The notes beneath the pieces were generated by a model that was not told the DNA's origin, ran no database searches, and saw only the letters and a list, made by a program, of their open reading frames with translations. The translations under genes were made by a program, and so were the position numbers. From the sequence record SRR9188677_103: a stretch of 63,448 nt of DNA; one strand, written 5' to 3'. Below are positions 36,922-46,914 of this stretch, one piece after another (within the stretch, counting starts at the first letter, position 1; every line of letters begins with the position of its first letter).

Positions 36922-38190
36922 TTAGTCACGGTTCCATTCAAACTTTGGCGAAAAAGTGGAATGTAGTTTTGACTTCAGGGGGATAATTCTTTTTTCTGTA
37001 TCAGCCTCTACCAGGTTCACCATCATTGATTCGGGAAAGTCATAGTGTACTTTAGTTTCATCCCCCTCAATGGTGGCAGCATTCAGCCGTAAGCGGAATT
37101 GCTGGTCTGCTGTGAACAGATGACCGGGGATCCAGCAAATCAGGGTTACTTCGTCTTTTCCAGCAAAACCATCTACATATTCTGCTGTTGTAATTAGTGC
37201 TTTGGCATAGTCGCCATAAATATTCACCCCACAGTAAAAAGAACTGTAACGATGATCATTAATGGAGAGTGTCATTTTAATACCGAGGTCACGGTTTACA
37301 TCAAAATTATGTACTTCAATTTCATTTCTGTCTATAAGGCAAACATCCTTCAGCGAAATACTGCCAACAGATTTACCATCAACCGATGCCAGTCTGAAAT
37401 CATTCTCATTCAGGTATTTATCGATAGTTTTATCTACATGACCGGTAAAGTCTATTTTTCCATCTTTTAAAAGAATGCCCTTTGTACATAATTTTGCAAC
37501 AGAAGTCATATTATGGCTTACAAACAAAATCGTTCTTCCTTGCCCCTCACTGATTTCTCCCATTTTCCCCATACATTTTTTCTGAAAATCTGCATCACCC
37601 ACCGCCAATACCTCATCAACGATCAGGATCTCAGATTCCAGGTGTGCCGCTACTGCAAAAGCCAGACGCACATACATGCCGGAAGAATATCTTTTAACAG
37701 GTGTATCTATATATCTTTCCACACCAGAAAAATCCACAATCTCATCGAATTTGCGTGTGATCTCTTTTTTCCGCATCCCAAGAATGGCTCCATTCAGAAA
37801 AATGTTTTCCCTTCCGGTAAGTTCCGGGTGAAAACCGGTTCCCACTTCCAATAAACTGGCCATCCTCCCTTTGATACGGATACTTCCCGATGTGGGGCTG
37901 GTTACCTGACTTAATATTTTCAGCAGGGTACTTTTACCTGCACCGTTTTTCCCGATAATACCTACAGCGGTTCCCTGTTCAATTTCAAAATTGATATCTT
38001 TCAGGCTCCATACCACATCACTTGTACCTTTCTTATCGCGGTAATTGGTCTCTCCGATCTTCAGAAAAGGATCTTCCTTACCACGGATATCTGCCCACCA
38101 GCGTTCCAGGTCCCTGCTCAAGGTTCCGGTACTGAATTGTCCTAATTGATAGGCTTTGGATAAATTCTCGACTTTAATGATTGGGTCCAT
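36922..38190 (-). CDS. wzt: Polysaccharide ABC transporter ATP-binding protein with C-terminal extension
   Basis: GKNGAGKST, GFHPELTGREN, YSSGM, DEVLAVGD; ~160-aa C-terminal domain. Confidence 0.9.
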   Translation of the reverse strand: MDPIIKVENLSKAYQLGQFSTGTLSRDLERWWADIRGKEDPFLKIGETNYRDKKGTSDVVWSLKDINFEIEQGTAVGIIGKNGAGKSTLLKILSQVTSPTSGSIRIKGRMASLLEVGTGFHPELTGRENIFLNGAILGMRKKEITRKFDEIVDFSGVERYIDTPVKRYSSGMYVRLAFAVAAHLESEILIVDEVLAVGDADFQKKCMGKMGEISEGQGRTILFVSHNMTSVAKLCTKGILLKDGKIDFTGHVDKTIDKYLNENDFRLASVDGKSVGSISLKDVCLIDRNEIEVHNFDVNRDLGIKMTLSINDHRYSSFYCGVNIYGDYAKALITTAEYVDGFAGKDEVTLICWIPGHLFTADQQFRLRLNAATIEGDETKVHYDFPESMMVNLVEADTEKRIIPLKSKLHSTFSPKFEWNRD

Positions 38191-38191
38191 G

Positions 38192-39067
38192 CTAAATAGT
38201 ATCTACAAAATTCTTTTGTACTTTATTAAATGTGATAACCCCGAAAGCCAGAATCAGAAAAGTGACAAGAACGGCATAACCGAAACTCAGCAAGCTAAAA
38301 TCACCCTGACCAAGCAGGCATTTTCTGGTTCCTTCAATAATGGGTGTCATGGGGTTTAAAGAAACAAGGGTATACATTTTACCTTTCAAAGTAGAGAGGG
38401 GGTATACCACTGTGGTGGTATACATAAAAAGCTGTATGGCAAATGTGAGCAGCATTACCAGATCACGGTATTTAGTTGTCAATGCCGATACAAGCAACCC
38501 GAATCCCAGCCCTTGCGCTGCCATCAGCATTACCAGAACAGGAAATAAAAATATACTCCAGCCGATTGAGATATTGGCTCCTTTTGCTGCAAAAAATACC
38601 ATCAATATGATGAACAGGATCATTTGCACCCCAAACCTTACCAGGTTAGATACCACCAGGCTTAACGGCATAATCAGCCTGGGGAAATATACTTTTCCGA
38701 AGATAGATGCGTTATCTCTGAAAACAGTAGAGGTTTTTACCAGGCAATCTGAAAAATAAGTCCAGGCAATGATTCCTGCCAGATAAAAAAGAGGTGCCGG
38801 AATACCATCGGTTCCCAGACCTGCCAGATTACCAAAAATGAATGAATACGTTATGGTGGATGCAATAGGCTGTACAAAGAACCAGATAGGTCCGAGAATA
38901 GTCTGTTTGTAAAAAGCAACAAAATCTCTCCTCACCAGTAACCACAAAAGATCGCGGTAACGCCATACTTTCTTTAGTTGCAGATCGAATAAATGTTTCT
39001 GGGGTGTAATTACCAGATCCCAGTCTTTTGCGGAATGAGCAGCTGTTGAATTTGAATCCGTTTGCAT
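38192..39067 (-). CDS. wzm: Polysaccharide ABC transporter permease
   Basis: YKQTILGPIW, KVYFPR, YRD, NPMTP; multiple hydrophobic segments. Confidence 0.9.
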   Translation of the reverse strand: MQTDSNSTAAHSAKDWDLVITPQKHLFDLQLKKVWRYRDLLWLLVRRDFVAFYKQTILGPIWFFVQPIASTITYSFIFGNLAGLGTDGIPAPLFYLAGIIAWTYFSDCLVKTSTVFRDNASIFGKVYFPRLIMPLSLVVSNLVRFGVQMILFIILMVFFAAKGANISIGWSIFLFPVLVMLMAAQGLGFGLLVSALTTKYRDLVMLLTFAIQLFMYTTTVVYPLSTLKGKMYTLVSLNPMTPIIEGTRKCLLGQGDFSLLSFGYAVLVTFLILAFGVITFNKVQKNFVDTI

Positions 39068-39092
39068 TGTATATCCTGTCCCTGTTTATTTT

Positions 39093-39121
39093 AAAAAAAA
39101 GGTATCGATGAAACTGATACC
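39093..39121 (-). terminator. Candidate intrinsic terminator between wzz-like gene and wzm
   Basis: Minus strand GGTATC-agtttcatc-GATACC followed by T8. Confidence 0.5.
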
Positions 39122-39146
39122 GCAGCATCAACCATTCTATGAGGCA

Positions 39147-40325
39147 CTAAGCAGGTTCAATGGGTTCTTCCTTTTTAAAGAACGACATAGCCAGCTGGAA
39201 GAATATAATACCCACACCTATGAACACACCTATAAAAATGTAGGTAATGATAATCTTGGAAGCCACGGGTTCAGAAGGACCCGAAGGCACATATACTGGC
39301 TCAAGTAAAGAGAAGATGGGTGTATCTTTTTTGAGTTGGATCCGGGCCTGCTGTAACTGCGTTGCAAGGCTGTTATACAAGGCGAAAGAAAGTGCAAATT
39401 CATTCTGCAGCAATTGCTCGCGCGATTGTATACTTTTATAAACCACAGCATAGTTATTATCCTGAAAACCAGCTACTCTCTGCTGGTTATTTTTATAGGC
39501 AGCCTCAGCTTCATTGGTTCTTGCTTCCAGAAAATTGAGGTTATCCAGTTGTTTTCCTGTTTTGTACTTGGTCACATATAATATCAGCTTATCCAATACC
39601 ATCTGTGTTGTTTTGGCACTGAGCCATGCTTCCGGCATTTTTACCGTAAGTGTAATCTGACTGCCGGCCTGTAACAAAGTGATTCTGCCACCCAATATAT
39701 CTGCGGCACTTTTATCTTCGCTTGTCAGTTCAATGATTCTGACATTACTTGACAAAGTGGTACCTATATCGTTAGAAAACTTTTTATCGCCTGCAGTAGC
39801 TACAGTTGATGGTGGCGTTGCTTCCGGTTTGCTTTTAAACAGGCCCGTAATAGAACCTGGTATACCCAGGATGAAATCTTTTGCCCTGACAATTGCATTG
39901 GGCTTGATTCCTTTTTTGAAATATTGTTTGAGAGTGGTTCTTTCAGAAGAATTCTTTACCTGAAACGTATCATTAGACAGTTCAATCAGGAAGGGTTTGC
40001 TGTTTAATATAATAGGATAAATGGCTGCACCTAAATCGTTTCCGGCATCTCCCTGAGGTGCCTGAACACCGGCCAGTCCAGCTAATCCTAATAAAGGGTT
40101 TGCTGCAGCACCACCACCGCCTCCTGCTTTATCAGTTAATAATAACACACACTTGGCCTGGTATTCGACAGGAGATGTTTTGGCAGCGATATAACCCAAT
40201 ACGGCAAAAACTGCTCCAAGAATAATTACATATTTTTTCCTGACCCAAAAAAGATTCCAGATCTCACTCAGCGAAATTTCCTCACCCGAAAAAATGGCTC
40301 TTATATTTTTTTGTGGTTTTGACAT
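39147..40325 (-). CDS. Wzz/PCP-like polysaccharide co-polymerase
   Basis: N- and C-terminal TM helices, Gly-rich LAGLAG, coiled-coil region, Pro-rich segment before the last TM. Confidence 0.75.
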   Translation of the reverse strand: MSKPQKNIRAIFSGEEISLSEIWNLFWVRKKYVIILGAVFAVLGYIAAKTSPVEYQAKCVLLLTDKAGGGGGAAANPLLGLAGLAGVQAPQGDAGNDLGAAIYPIILNSKPFLIELSNDTFQVKNSSERTTLKQYFKKGIKPNAIVRAKDFILGIPGSITGLFKSKPEATPPSTVATAGDKKFSNDIGTTLSSNVRIIELTSEDKSAADILGGRITLLQAGSQITLTVKMPEAWLSAKTTQMVLDKLILYVTKYKTGKQLDNLNFLEARTNEAEAAYKNNQQRVAGFQDNNYAVVYKSIQSREQLLQNEFALSFALYNSLATQLQQARIQLKKDTPIFSLLEPVYVPSGPSEPVASKIIITYIFIGVFIGVGIIFFQLAMSFFKKEEPIEPA

Positions 40326-40352
40326 CTTGTTTTTTTTCGACTGGAATAAATA

Positions 40353-42881
40353 TTATAGGGTCCGGAGAAGAATGATCAGGGTTAGCGTACTGGTAATAAG
40401 GCTTGTAATGGCACCTACTGTATTCCCATAGTTGAATGGAGGTTTATCAAGCAGGCTTGCCGGAACAAAAATCTCTGCACCCGGTTCTATCTTTGGATAT
40501 GACTTGAAAAATAAGAATGTCTTCACCCTTTGTACACGTCCGTTTGCCTGCAGTACATAGGCTTTGTTTTTAATCGCTTTACTGGTGTAACCGCCCGACC
40601 TGTTGATGTATTCACTGAAACTTAAAGTAGGTTCATACCGAACAGAAACCGGATACAACACACCTCCTTTGATACTTACAGTTTCCAGTTTTTCAGGGAT
40701 ATTCAATATATCGCCCTCTTTCAGTACCAGATCTACATCTGTTCCTGGTTTTTTGAAAATATCGGCCAGATCAATAGCCACCAGTTCCTGCTCCTTTTCG
40801 TCCAGCGCACTGGCATTTCCGTATGCAAATGTTGCGGTATTGTCTTTGAAGAGGCTTTGTTTCAGTAATTCCTTATTTCTGACTTCCTGTTCTTTAATAA
40901 CTGTTTCAGTGTTCTGCCTGATTTTTGTATCAATCCTTTTATTTAATTCCTTATTACTTTCTGATACGGAAGCCAGGTTATCTTTATTCAGATTTGTTTT
41001 CAGGTTGCTCAGGTTATTACTTTCCTGTTCAGCATTGGTTGGGGCTATGTACTTTTTGGTTCTTCTAACCAAGGTAGCTCCCTGAATATAAGCGTATTTG
41101 GTTACACCGCCGGCCCTGGTAATGAGATCAGAAATGCGCATCTCTTTTTTATCAATGGCAAAAGTTCCTTTCAGCATCACTTCGCCTGTAATGCTGACCA
41201 GTTTTGGCACTTCGAATCCCGGGGTAGCCCGAACGAAAATCTGGTCAAACGGTTTTAACAGCAGTTTTTTATCTGCTTCACTGATGCTCAGATCTTTGTT
41301 GATAGATACCGTGAGGATATCTGCCACTTTTTCTGCGTTGGATAACCTGCGTACAATCTCTATGGATGAGCCATATGCGGAATATTTAAAACCACCTGCT
41401 TTATAGATAAGATCACCCACCGTTAAACTATCGGCGTAAGGATATACACCCACATTGTTCACCTCACCACTTATCTGAACATAAAATTCTTCCTGGATAT
41501 CATAAATACTGGAGATGCTCAGCACATCTTCCCTTTCCAGCTGAACTTTTGCAGAACCATTCGGGGCCTGGGTGTTAGAAAGATCTATGGCCAGTGCTTC
41601 TTGCGTAAAATCTGAATTGGTTCTGAAAATCAATGCTCTTTTCAAAAAGGCATCTCCTTTTAACCCACTTGCTTTCTGAATCAGATCCTGTACCGTCATC
41701 CCTTTTGTAAAGGCAAATGCACCCGGACGGTTTACAGAACCAGAAACCTGTACACGATTGGTAAATCTGTCAAGAATGGCGCCTATAGTTATATAATCCC
41801 CATCGTTAAGGATGGCGTTCGCAAACTGGCTGTTAGGCAAATCAAATACCTGTTTTTCAGTTACTCCTTTCCGGGTGATCCCTACCATTTCCTTGTATGC
41901 CTGGTTAGTAAACCCACCCGCATATTTGAGGGCATCCGTAAAAGTCTCTTTGGGTTTTAACTCGAAGATCCCCGTGGTTTTTACTTCACCGGTAATCTCA
42001 ATACGGTTGGATGCGGGCCTGATCAGAATCACATCATCATCTTCCAAACGGATATTACTATTGATCTTTCCATTGATCAGGAAATCATAAATATCAATTT
42101 CAGCCGCTAATCTGTTGGCACGATATACCTGAACATGCCGGAAAGTACCTTTGCTGGTTGGTCCGCCTGCCGCAAAAAGCGCATTAAATACGTTTATGTA
42201 GGAAGGGAGATTATAGGTTCCGGGTTTAGAAATTTCGCCTACCATATTCACTTTTATGGTTCTGATATTTCCTATTGTCAGTTCCAGAAAAGTATTGGCA
42301 TTCGGACCACTGATTCCGGAATACCGGATGGCAAGCTTATTGATAAAAATAGTTTTCAATGCATCAATGGAAAACCCTCCTACTTTGACTATACCGATAT
42401 CTGGGATGGTAACGTTCCCTTCCGGGGATACCGTTAATGAATACCTGTTTTGTGCCACTCCATACACCTGCAGAATCAGCACATCGCCCGGTCCTACGAT
42501 ATATGTTTTGGGTGTTGCCATATTCAGATTAGGCGAAAAACTGGAACCTGCATTGTGAAAAATAGCAAAACCGAATACCTTATTTTCAAATTCTGCAATT
42601 GAATCTGCCCTGGTTGGCGTCTCATTCGCTTCAAGCGTATTTCCCAAATCGCCGGCCACTTCTTTGCGCAATTGATTGATCGTATTCTTGTTCTTATCCT
42701 GATCAACTATTACTTTTTTGATAGTCGTATCTCCTTTTACTCTCTGATCAGTGGCTGGCTGTTGGGCTCCCGCATTTACCAATCCTCCAAGAAGGTAGAT
42801 TCCTATCAGGAATGATTTCAACGAACCCGGAAAACGAGTGGTAGATTTTGTATGAAAAAACTTCAGTACTTGTGTCTGCAT
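40353..42881 (-). CDS. SLBB-domain polysaccharide export protein (KpsD/Wza-like)
   Basis: YIVGPGD, repeated GEV..PG / AGG SLBB units, IEPGAEIFVP. Confidence 0.88.
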   Translation of the reverse strand: MQTQVLKFFHTKSTTRFPGSLKSFLIGIYLLGGLVNAGAQQPATDQRVKGDTTIKKVIVDQDKNKNTINQLRKEVAGDLGNTLEANETPTRADSIAEFENKVFGFAIFHNAGSSFSPNLNMATPKTYIVGPGDVLILQVYGVAQNRYSLTVSPEGNVTIPDIGIVKVGGFSIDALKTIFINKLAIRYSGISGPNANTFLELTIGNIRTIKVNMVGEISKPGTYNLPSYINVFNALFAAGGPTSKGTFRHVQVYRANRLAAEIDIYDFLINGKINSNIRLEDDDVILIRPASNRIEITGEVKTTGIFELKPKETFTDALKYAGGFTNQAYKEMVGITRKGVTEKQVFDLPNSQFANAILNDGDYITIGAILDRFTNRVQVSGSVNRPGAFAFTKGMTVQDLIQKASGLKGDAFLKRALIFRTNSDFTQEALAIDLSNTQAPNGSAKVQLEREDVLSISSIYDIQEEFYVQISGEVNNVGVYPYADSLTVGDLIYKAGGFKYSAYGSSIEIVRRLSNAEKVADILTVSINKDLSISEADKKLLLKPFDQIFVRATPGFEVPKLVSITGEVMLKGTFAIDKKEMRISDLITRAGGVTKYAYIQGATLVRRTKKYIAPTNAEQESNNLSNLKTNLNKDNLASVSESNKELNKRIDTKIRQNTETVIKEQEVRNKELLKQSLFKDNTATFAYGNASALDEKEQELVAIDLADIFKKPGTDVDLVLKEGDILNIPEKLETVSIKGGVLYPVSVRYEPTLSFSEYINRSGGYTSKAIKNKAYVLQANGRVQRVKTFLFFKSYPKIEPGAEIFVPASLLDKPPFNYGNTVGAITSLITSTLTLIILLRTL

Positions 42882-43244
42882 ATGGTGGTAAATTAAAACA
42901 GAATGGGTTAATGCTCGATCTGGTATCCTACACGGTTAGTGATGTACAGCCAGCTGTTAGCTTTATAGCAAATTCGAAGCCTGATTCATCAACAACCGCA
43001 ATAGTTATAAACACATGCAATAAGCGGTCACTGCTTTTATATCGTTTGCATGGCTCCGCCTCTCTGAGTCACAGAAAGGGCGTGCAACTCATTTAAAATC
43101 AATTAGATATAGAAATTTACAAAATAAAACAACTTGTTTCTACGTGTTCGATTTCGTAAAACATTGAATATCAATCAATAACGAATAAATAATAGAATCA
43201 TGTGTCATTATTGGGGGAACTGAGCACCTGAATTCGAAGTTCTG

Positions 43245-43277
43245 CAAATATAGGGGTATCTGAAGGTAAAAATCAAA
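43245..43277 (-). promoter_or_regulatory. Bacteroidota housekeeping promoter for the large glycan operon
   Basis: Minus strand TTTG (43277-43274), 21-nt spacer, TATATTTG (43252-43245); matches the -33 TTTG / -7 TAnnTTTG consensus. Confidence 0.65.
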
Positions 43278-43396
43278 TTTTTGCAAATTCAGTTTTGACA
43301 TAAAAACGGTTCAAAATGATTGCGTTATAACGCTGCTGCCAAAGGAAAATGGAGGCTTCCATTTCTGCAGAAAAAGCCGGCCTCAGATCCACATCT

Positions 43397-44326
43397 TCAG
43401 CAGAACTGATCCTTGATGTCTGCATATACATCCGCAATGCCCTGTTCCAATCCGATAGATGCTTTCCATCCCAAAGAAGTCAACTTTGACACATCCATCA
43501 GTTTCCTGGGTGTACCATCTGGTTTGGTTTGATCCAGCTTGATTTCTCCTGTGTATCCAACGGTATTTTTTACCATCGTAGCCAGTTCCAGGATCGTAAT
43601 ATCATCACCTACCCCTACATTAACAAGGCCCTTTTCGTTGTACCTCTTCATTAAAAAAAGGCAGGCATCGGCCAGATCATCTACATGCAAAAATTCACGC
43701 CGCGGTGTACCACTACCCCATAGTTCAACAAAAGGTAATTCCTGTTTTTTGGCAGTAATGAACTTCCGTAGCAGGGCGGGTAAAACATGCGATTTCTCCA
43801 GGTCATAATTGTCATTCGGGCCATACAGGTTAGTAGGCATGGCCGAAATGAAATTACACCCGTATTGAGCGCGGTAAGAATCGCACAATTCAATTCCGGC
43901 AATTTTGGCGATGGCATAGGGTTGGTTGGTACTCTCGAGATACCCTGACAACAGGTATTCTTCTTTCAAAGGCTGGGGAGCCAGTTTAGGATAGATACAG
44001 GATGACCCCAGAAACAGGAGTTTTTTAACTCCGGTTATATAGGAAGCATGGATGATATTAGCTTCAATCAAGAGATTTTCATAGATAAATTCGGCACGGT
44101 AAGTGTTATTAGCAACAATACCACCCACTTTGGCAGCTGCCAGAAATACATATTCGGGTTTTTCCGATGCAAAAAAATCATTAACGGCCTGCTGGTTTCG
44201 CAGATCCAGCTCCTGCGAAGTACGGGTTATGATGGTCTGATACCCCTCATTTTTGAGTCGCCGTACGATTGAACTTCCTACCATTCCACGATGGCCGGCC
44301 ACATAAATTTTACCGTGCTTTTCCAT
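43397..44326 (-). CDS. fcl: GDP-L-fucose synthase
   Basis: [36 protein letters not shown]. Confidence 0.95.
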   Translation of the reverse strand: MEKHGKIYVAGHRGMVGSSIVRRLKNEGYQTIITRTSQELDLRNQQAVNDFFASEKPEYVFLAAAKVGGIVANNTYRAEFIYENLLIEANIIHASYITGVKKLLFLGSSCIYPKLAPQPLKEEYLLSGYLESTNQPYAIAKIAGIELCDSYRAQYGCNFISAMPTNLYGPNDNYDLEKSHVLPALLRKFITAKKQELPFVELWGSGTPRREFLHVDDLADACLFLMKRYNEKGLVNVGVGDDITILELATMVKNTVGYTGEIKLDQTKPDGTPRKLMDVSKLTSLGWKASIGLEQGIADVYADIKDQFC

Positions 44327-44364
44327 AGTTTCTACCCGTTTCCTTTTTTGAACCTGCTGAAAAA

Positions 44365-45474
44365 CTACTCAAATTCATTCCGCACATCATAACCGCTGTC
44401 TATCAGAAACTTGTTTTTTTCAAATAGTTTCAGATCACTTGCCACCATTTCTCTGACCATTTCTGCCAATGTATATTTCGGTTCCCATCCCAGTTTTTCT
44501 TTTGCTTTTGTGGCATCGCCTATCAGCAGGTCTACTTCTGTAGGACGATAATACCGGGGATCTACCCTCACTACCACCTGCCCTGCAGGCACCTGGTATT
44601 TACCAGAACAGGAAACTACTTTAGCCAATTCATTCTCTTCTTTGCCCTCAAAAGCCAGTTCAATGCCTGCCTCTCTGAAAGCCATTTTTACAAATTCACG
44701 GATCTCGGTGGTTTTACCGGTAGCCAGTACAAAATCTTCAGGGGTATCATGCTGTAATATCCGCCACATGCCTTCCACATAATCTTTTGCATGGCCCCAA
44801 TCTCTTTTGGCATCCAGGTTTCCAAGGTACAGCGTGTCTTGCAGCCCCAAAGAAATTTTGGCAACTGCACGTGTGATTTTACGTGTAACAAATGTTTCGC
44901 CCCGCAGGGGTGATTCATGGTTAAACAGAATACCATTGCTCGCAAACATGCCATACGCTTCACGGTAATTCACTGTAATCCAGAAAGCATACATTTTAGC
45001 CACTGCATATGGTGACCGTGGGTAAAAAGGTGTTTTTTCTGATTGAGGCACTTCCTGCACCAGTCCATATAATTCAGATGTAGATGCCTGGTACACTTTT
45101 GTTTTTTTAGTCAGCCCCAATAACCTGACAGCTTCCAGGATCCTGAGTGTACCAATTCCATCGGCATTGGCTGTATATTCCGGTGTTTCAAAACTTACAT
45201 GTACATGGCTCATAGCTGCCAGATTGTAGATCTCATCCGGCTGTACTTCCTGGATGATCCGGATCAGGTTCGTAGAATCTGTCAGATCTCCATAATGGAG
45301 TACCAGGTGGCGGTGCGGAACATGCGGATCTTCATATAAATGATCGATCCTGCCCGTATTAAAAAGGGAACTTCTGCGTTTGATGCCGTGAACTTCATAG
45401 CCTTTTTTCAACAATAATTCAGCCAGATAAGCCCCATCCTGACCGGTGATACCGGTTACCAATGCTTTCTTCAT
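44365..45474 (-). CDS. gmd: GDP-mannose 4,6-dehydratase
   Basis: [40 protein letters not shown]. Confidence 0.96.
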   Translation of the reverse strand: MKKALVTGITGQDGAYLAELLLKKGYEVHGIKRRSSLFNTGRIDHLYEDPHVPHRHLVLHYGDLTDSTNLIRIIQEVQPDEIYNLAAMSHVHVSFETPEYTANADGIGTLRILEAVRLLGLTKKTKVYQASTSELYGLVQEVPQSEKTPFYPRSPYAVAKMYAFWITVNYREAYGMFASNGILFNHESPLRGETFVTRKITRAVAKISLGLQDTLYLGNLDAKRDWGHAKDYVEGMWRILQHDTPEDFVLATGKTTEIREFVKMAFREAGIELAFEGKEENELAKVVSCSGKYQVPAGQVVVRVDPRYYRPTEVDLLIGDATKAKEKLGWEPKYTLAEMVREMVASDLKLFEKNKFLIDSGYDVRNEFE

Positions 45475-45540
45475 ATAAAAAAAGAATTAATCTTTTATTA
45501 AAAGTGCTGCAAATTAAAGGTTTTTAATAACCCAATGCAA

Positions 45541-46833
45541 TCACAATCTGCCATCCACCAATTTATCGGTTAAAAAGCCTTTCACATCAAACAATACGCC
45601 CGGATCCTGCAATAATAGGGAATAGTTGAGCAAAGCAAATTCAGTATGGTTAACGGCTACCACCACTGCCGCATATTTTTGCGATTCGGGTAGTCGGTTA
45701 CAACAATCCAGGTGATACGCTTCCTTTACGGCTACAGAAGAGGCAATGGGATCGAAAACAGTTACTGAAAGATGGTAAGCATTCAACGCTCTTACAATAT
45801 CTACCACCCGGCTGTTCCTTACATCTGCAAAATTTTCTTTGAAGGTGATACCCATGACCAGCACTTCGGCACCAGCTGCCAGAATACCTTTCCGGGCCAT
45901 TAACTGAATCACACGCAGGGCCACATATTCTCCCATGCTGTCGTTCATTTGTCTGGCAGCCAGTATTAATTCCGGCCTGTATCCAACCGACATAGCTTTG
46001 TGCGCGAGATAATAAGGATCAATCCCGATGCAATGACCACCTACCAGCCCGGGTTCAAAGGGAAGGAAGTTCCATTTGGTAGCGGCCGCTTTTAATACCT
46101 CTTTCGTATCAATGTCGAGTTTTTCAAAGATTTTGGCCAACTCATTTACAAATGCAATATTAATATCACGTTGTGTGTTCTCAATTACCTTGGCAGCTTC
46201 TGCTACTTTAATACTCGGAGCGGGATAAGTGCCTGCCGAAATAATGGAGGCATACAATGCATCTACCTGCCTGGCAGCAGTTGCTGTTGAACCTGAAGTG
46301 ATTTTTCTGATCTGTGCTATCGTCCTGGTTTTATCACCGGGGTTGATGCGCTCAGGTGAATAGCCGCAGAAAAAATCGATATTGAATACCAGTCCTGAAA
46401 CCTCTTCGAGTATCGGAACGGCGATTTCTTCTGTACATCCGGGATAAACGGTTGATTCATAAATAACCAGATCATTCTTTTTGAGTGAAGCCGCCACTAC
46501 CTGTGTTGCTGCTATCAACAGAGAGAGATCCGGCTCATTGTCTGCATTCACCGGTGTAGGAACCGTTATGATATAAACATTACAATTACTGAGGTCCGAA
46601 GCATCATTCGTAAAACAAATACCAGGCAGCTGATCATCTGCCTGGTATTGTGCCAGCAATGTCACTAATTGTTCCCGGGCAGCTTCTCCGGTAAAATCTT
46701 CGCCCCTGTTCAGTTCATTGATCCGCAGCCTGCTGATGTCAAATCCTTTCACCCTGTATTTTTGGCTGAATGCGATGGCCAGAGGCAAGCCTACATACCC
46801 TAGTCCTAAAACTCCTATTTTATATGTATCCAA
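45541..46833 (-). CDS. UDP-N-acetylhexosamine dehydrogenase (TviB/WbpO-like)
   Basis: TTG start; GLGYVG, VPTP, ESTVYPG, SPERINPG, GGHCI. Confidence 0.88.
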   Translation of the reverse strand: MDTYKIGVLGLGYVGLPLAIAFSQKYRVKGFDISRLRINELNRGEDFTGEAAREQLVTLLAQYQADDQLPGICFTNDASDLSNCNVYIITVPTPVNADNEPDLSLLIAATQVVAASLKKNDLVIYESTVYPGCTEEIAVPILEEVSGLVFNIDFFCGYSPERINPGDKTRTIAQIRKITSGSTATAARQVDALYASIISAGTYPAPSIKVAEAAKVIENTQRDINIAFVNELAKIFEKLDIDTKEVLKAAATKWNFLPFEPGLVGGHCIGIDPYYLAHKAMSVGYRPELILAARQMNDSMGEYVALRVIQLMARKGILAAGAEVLVMGITFKENFADVRNSRVVDIVRALNAYHLSVTVFDPIASSVAVKEAYHLDCCNRLPESQKYAAVVVAVNHTEFALLNYSLLLQDPGVLFDVKGFLTDKLVDGRL

Positions 46834-46914
46834 GTCTTACATTTTACATCCTGAAATCTATCCTGACAGATCCTGAAACCGTTATCCGGTAAAGTACCAT
46901 CAGATTTTACTCTG

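Noticed and set aside
42848-43096. 82-aa plus-strand ORF in the leader region
   Set aside because: Overlaps the SLBB gene start antisense; no protein-like features
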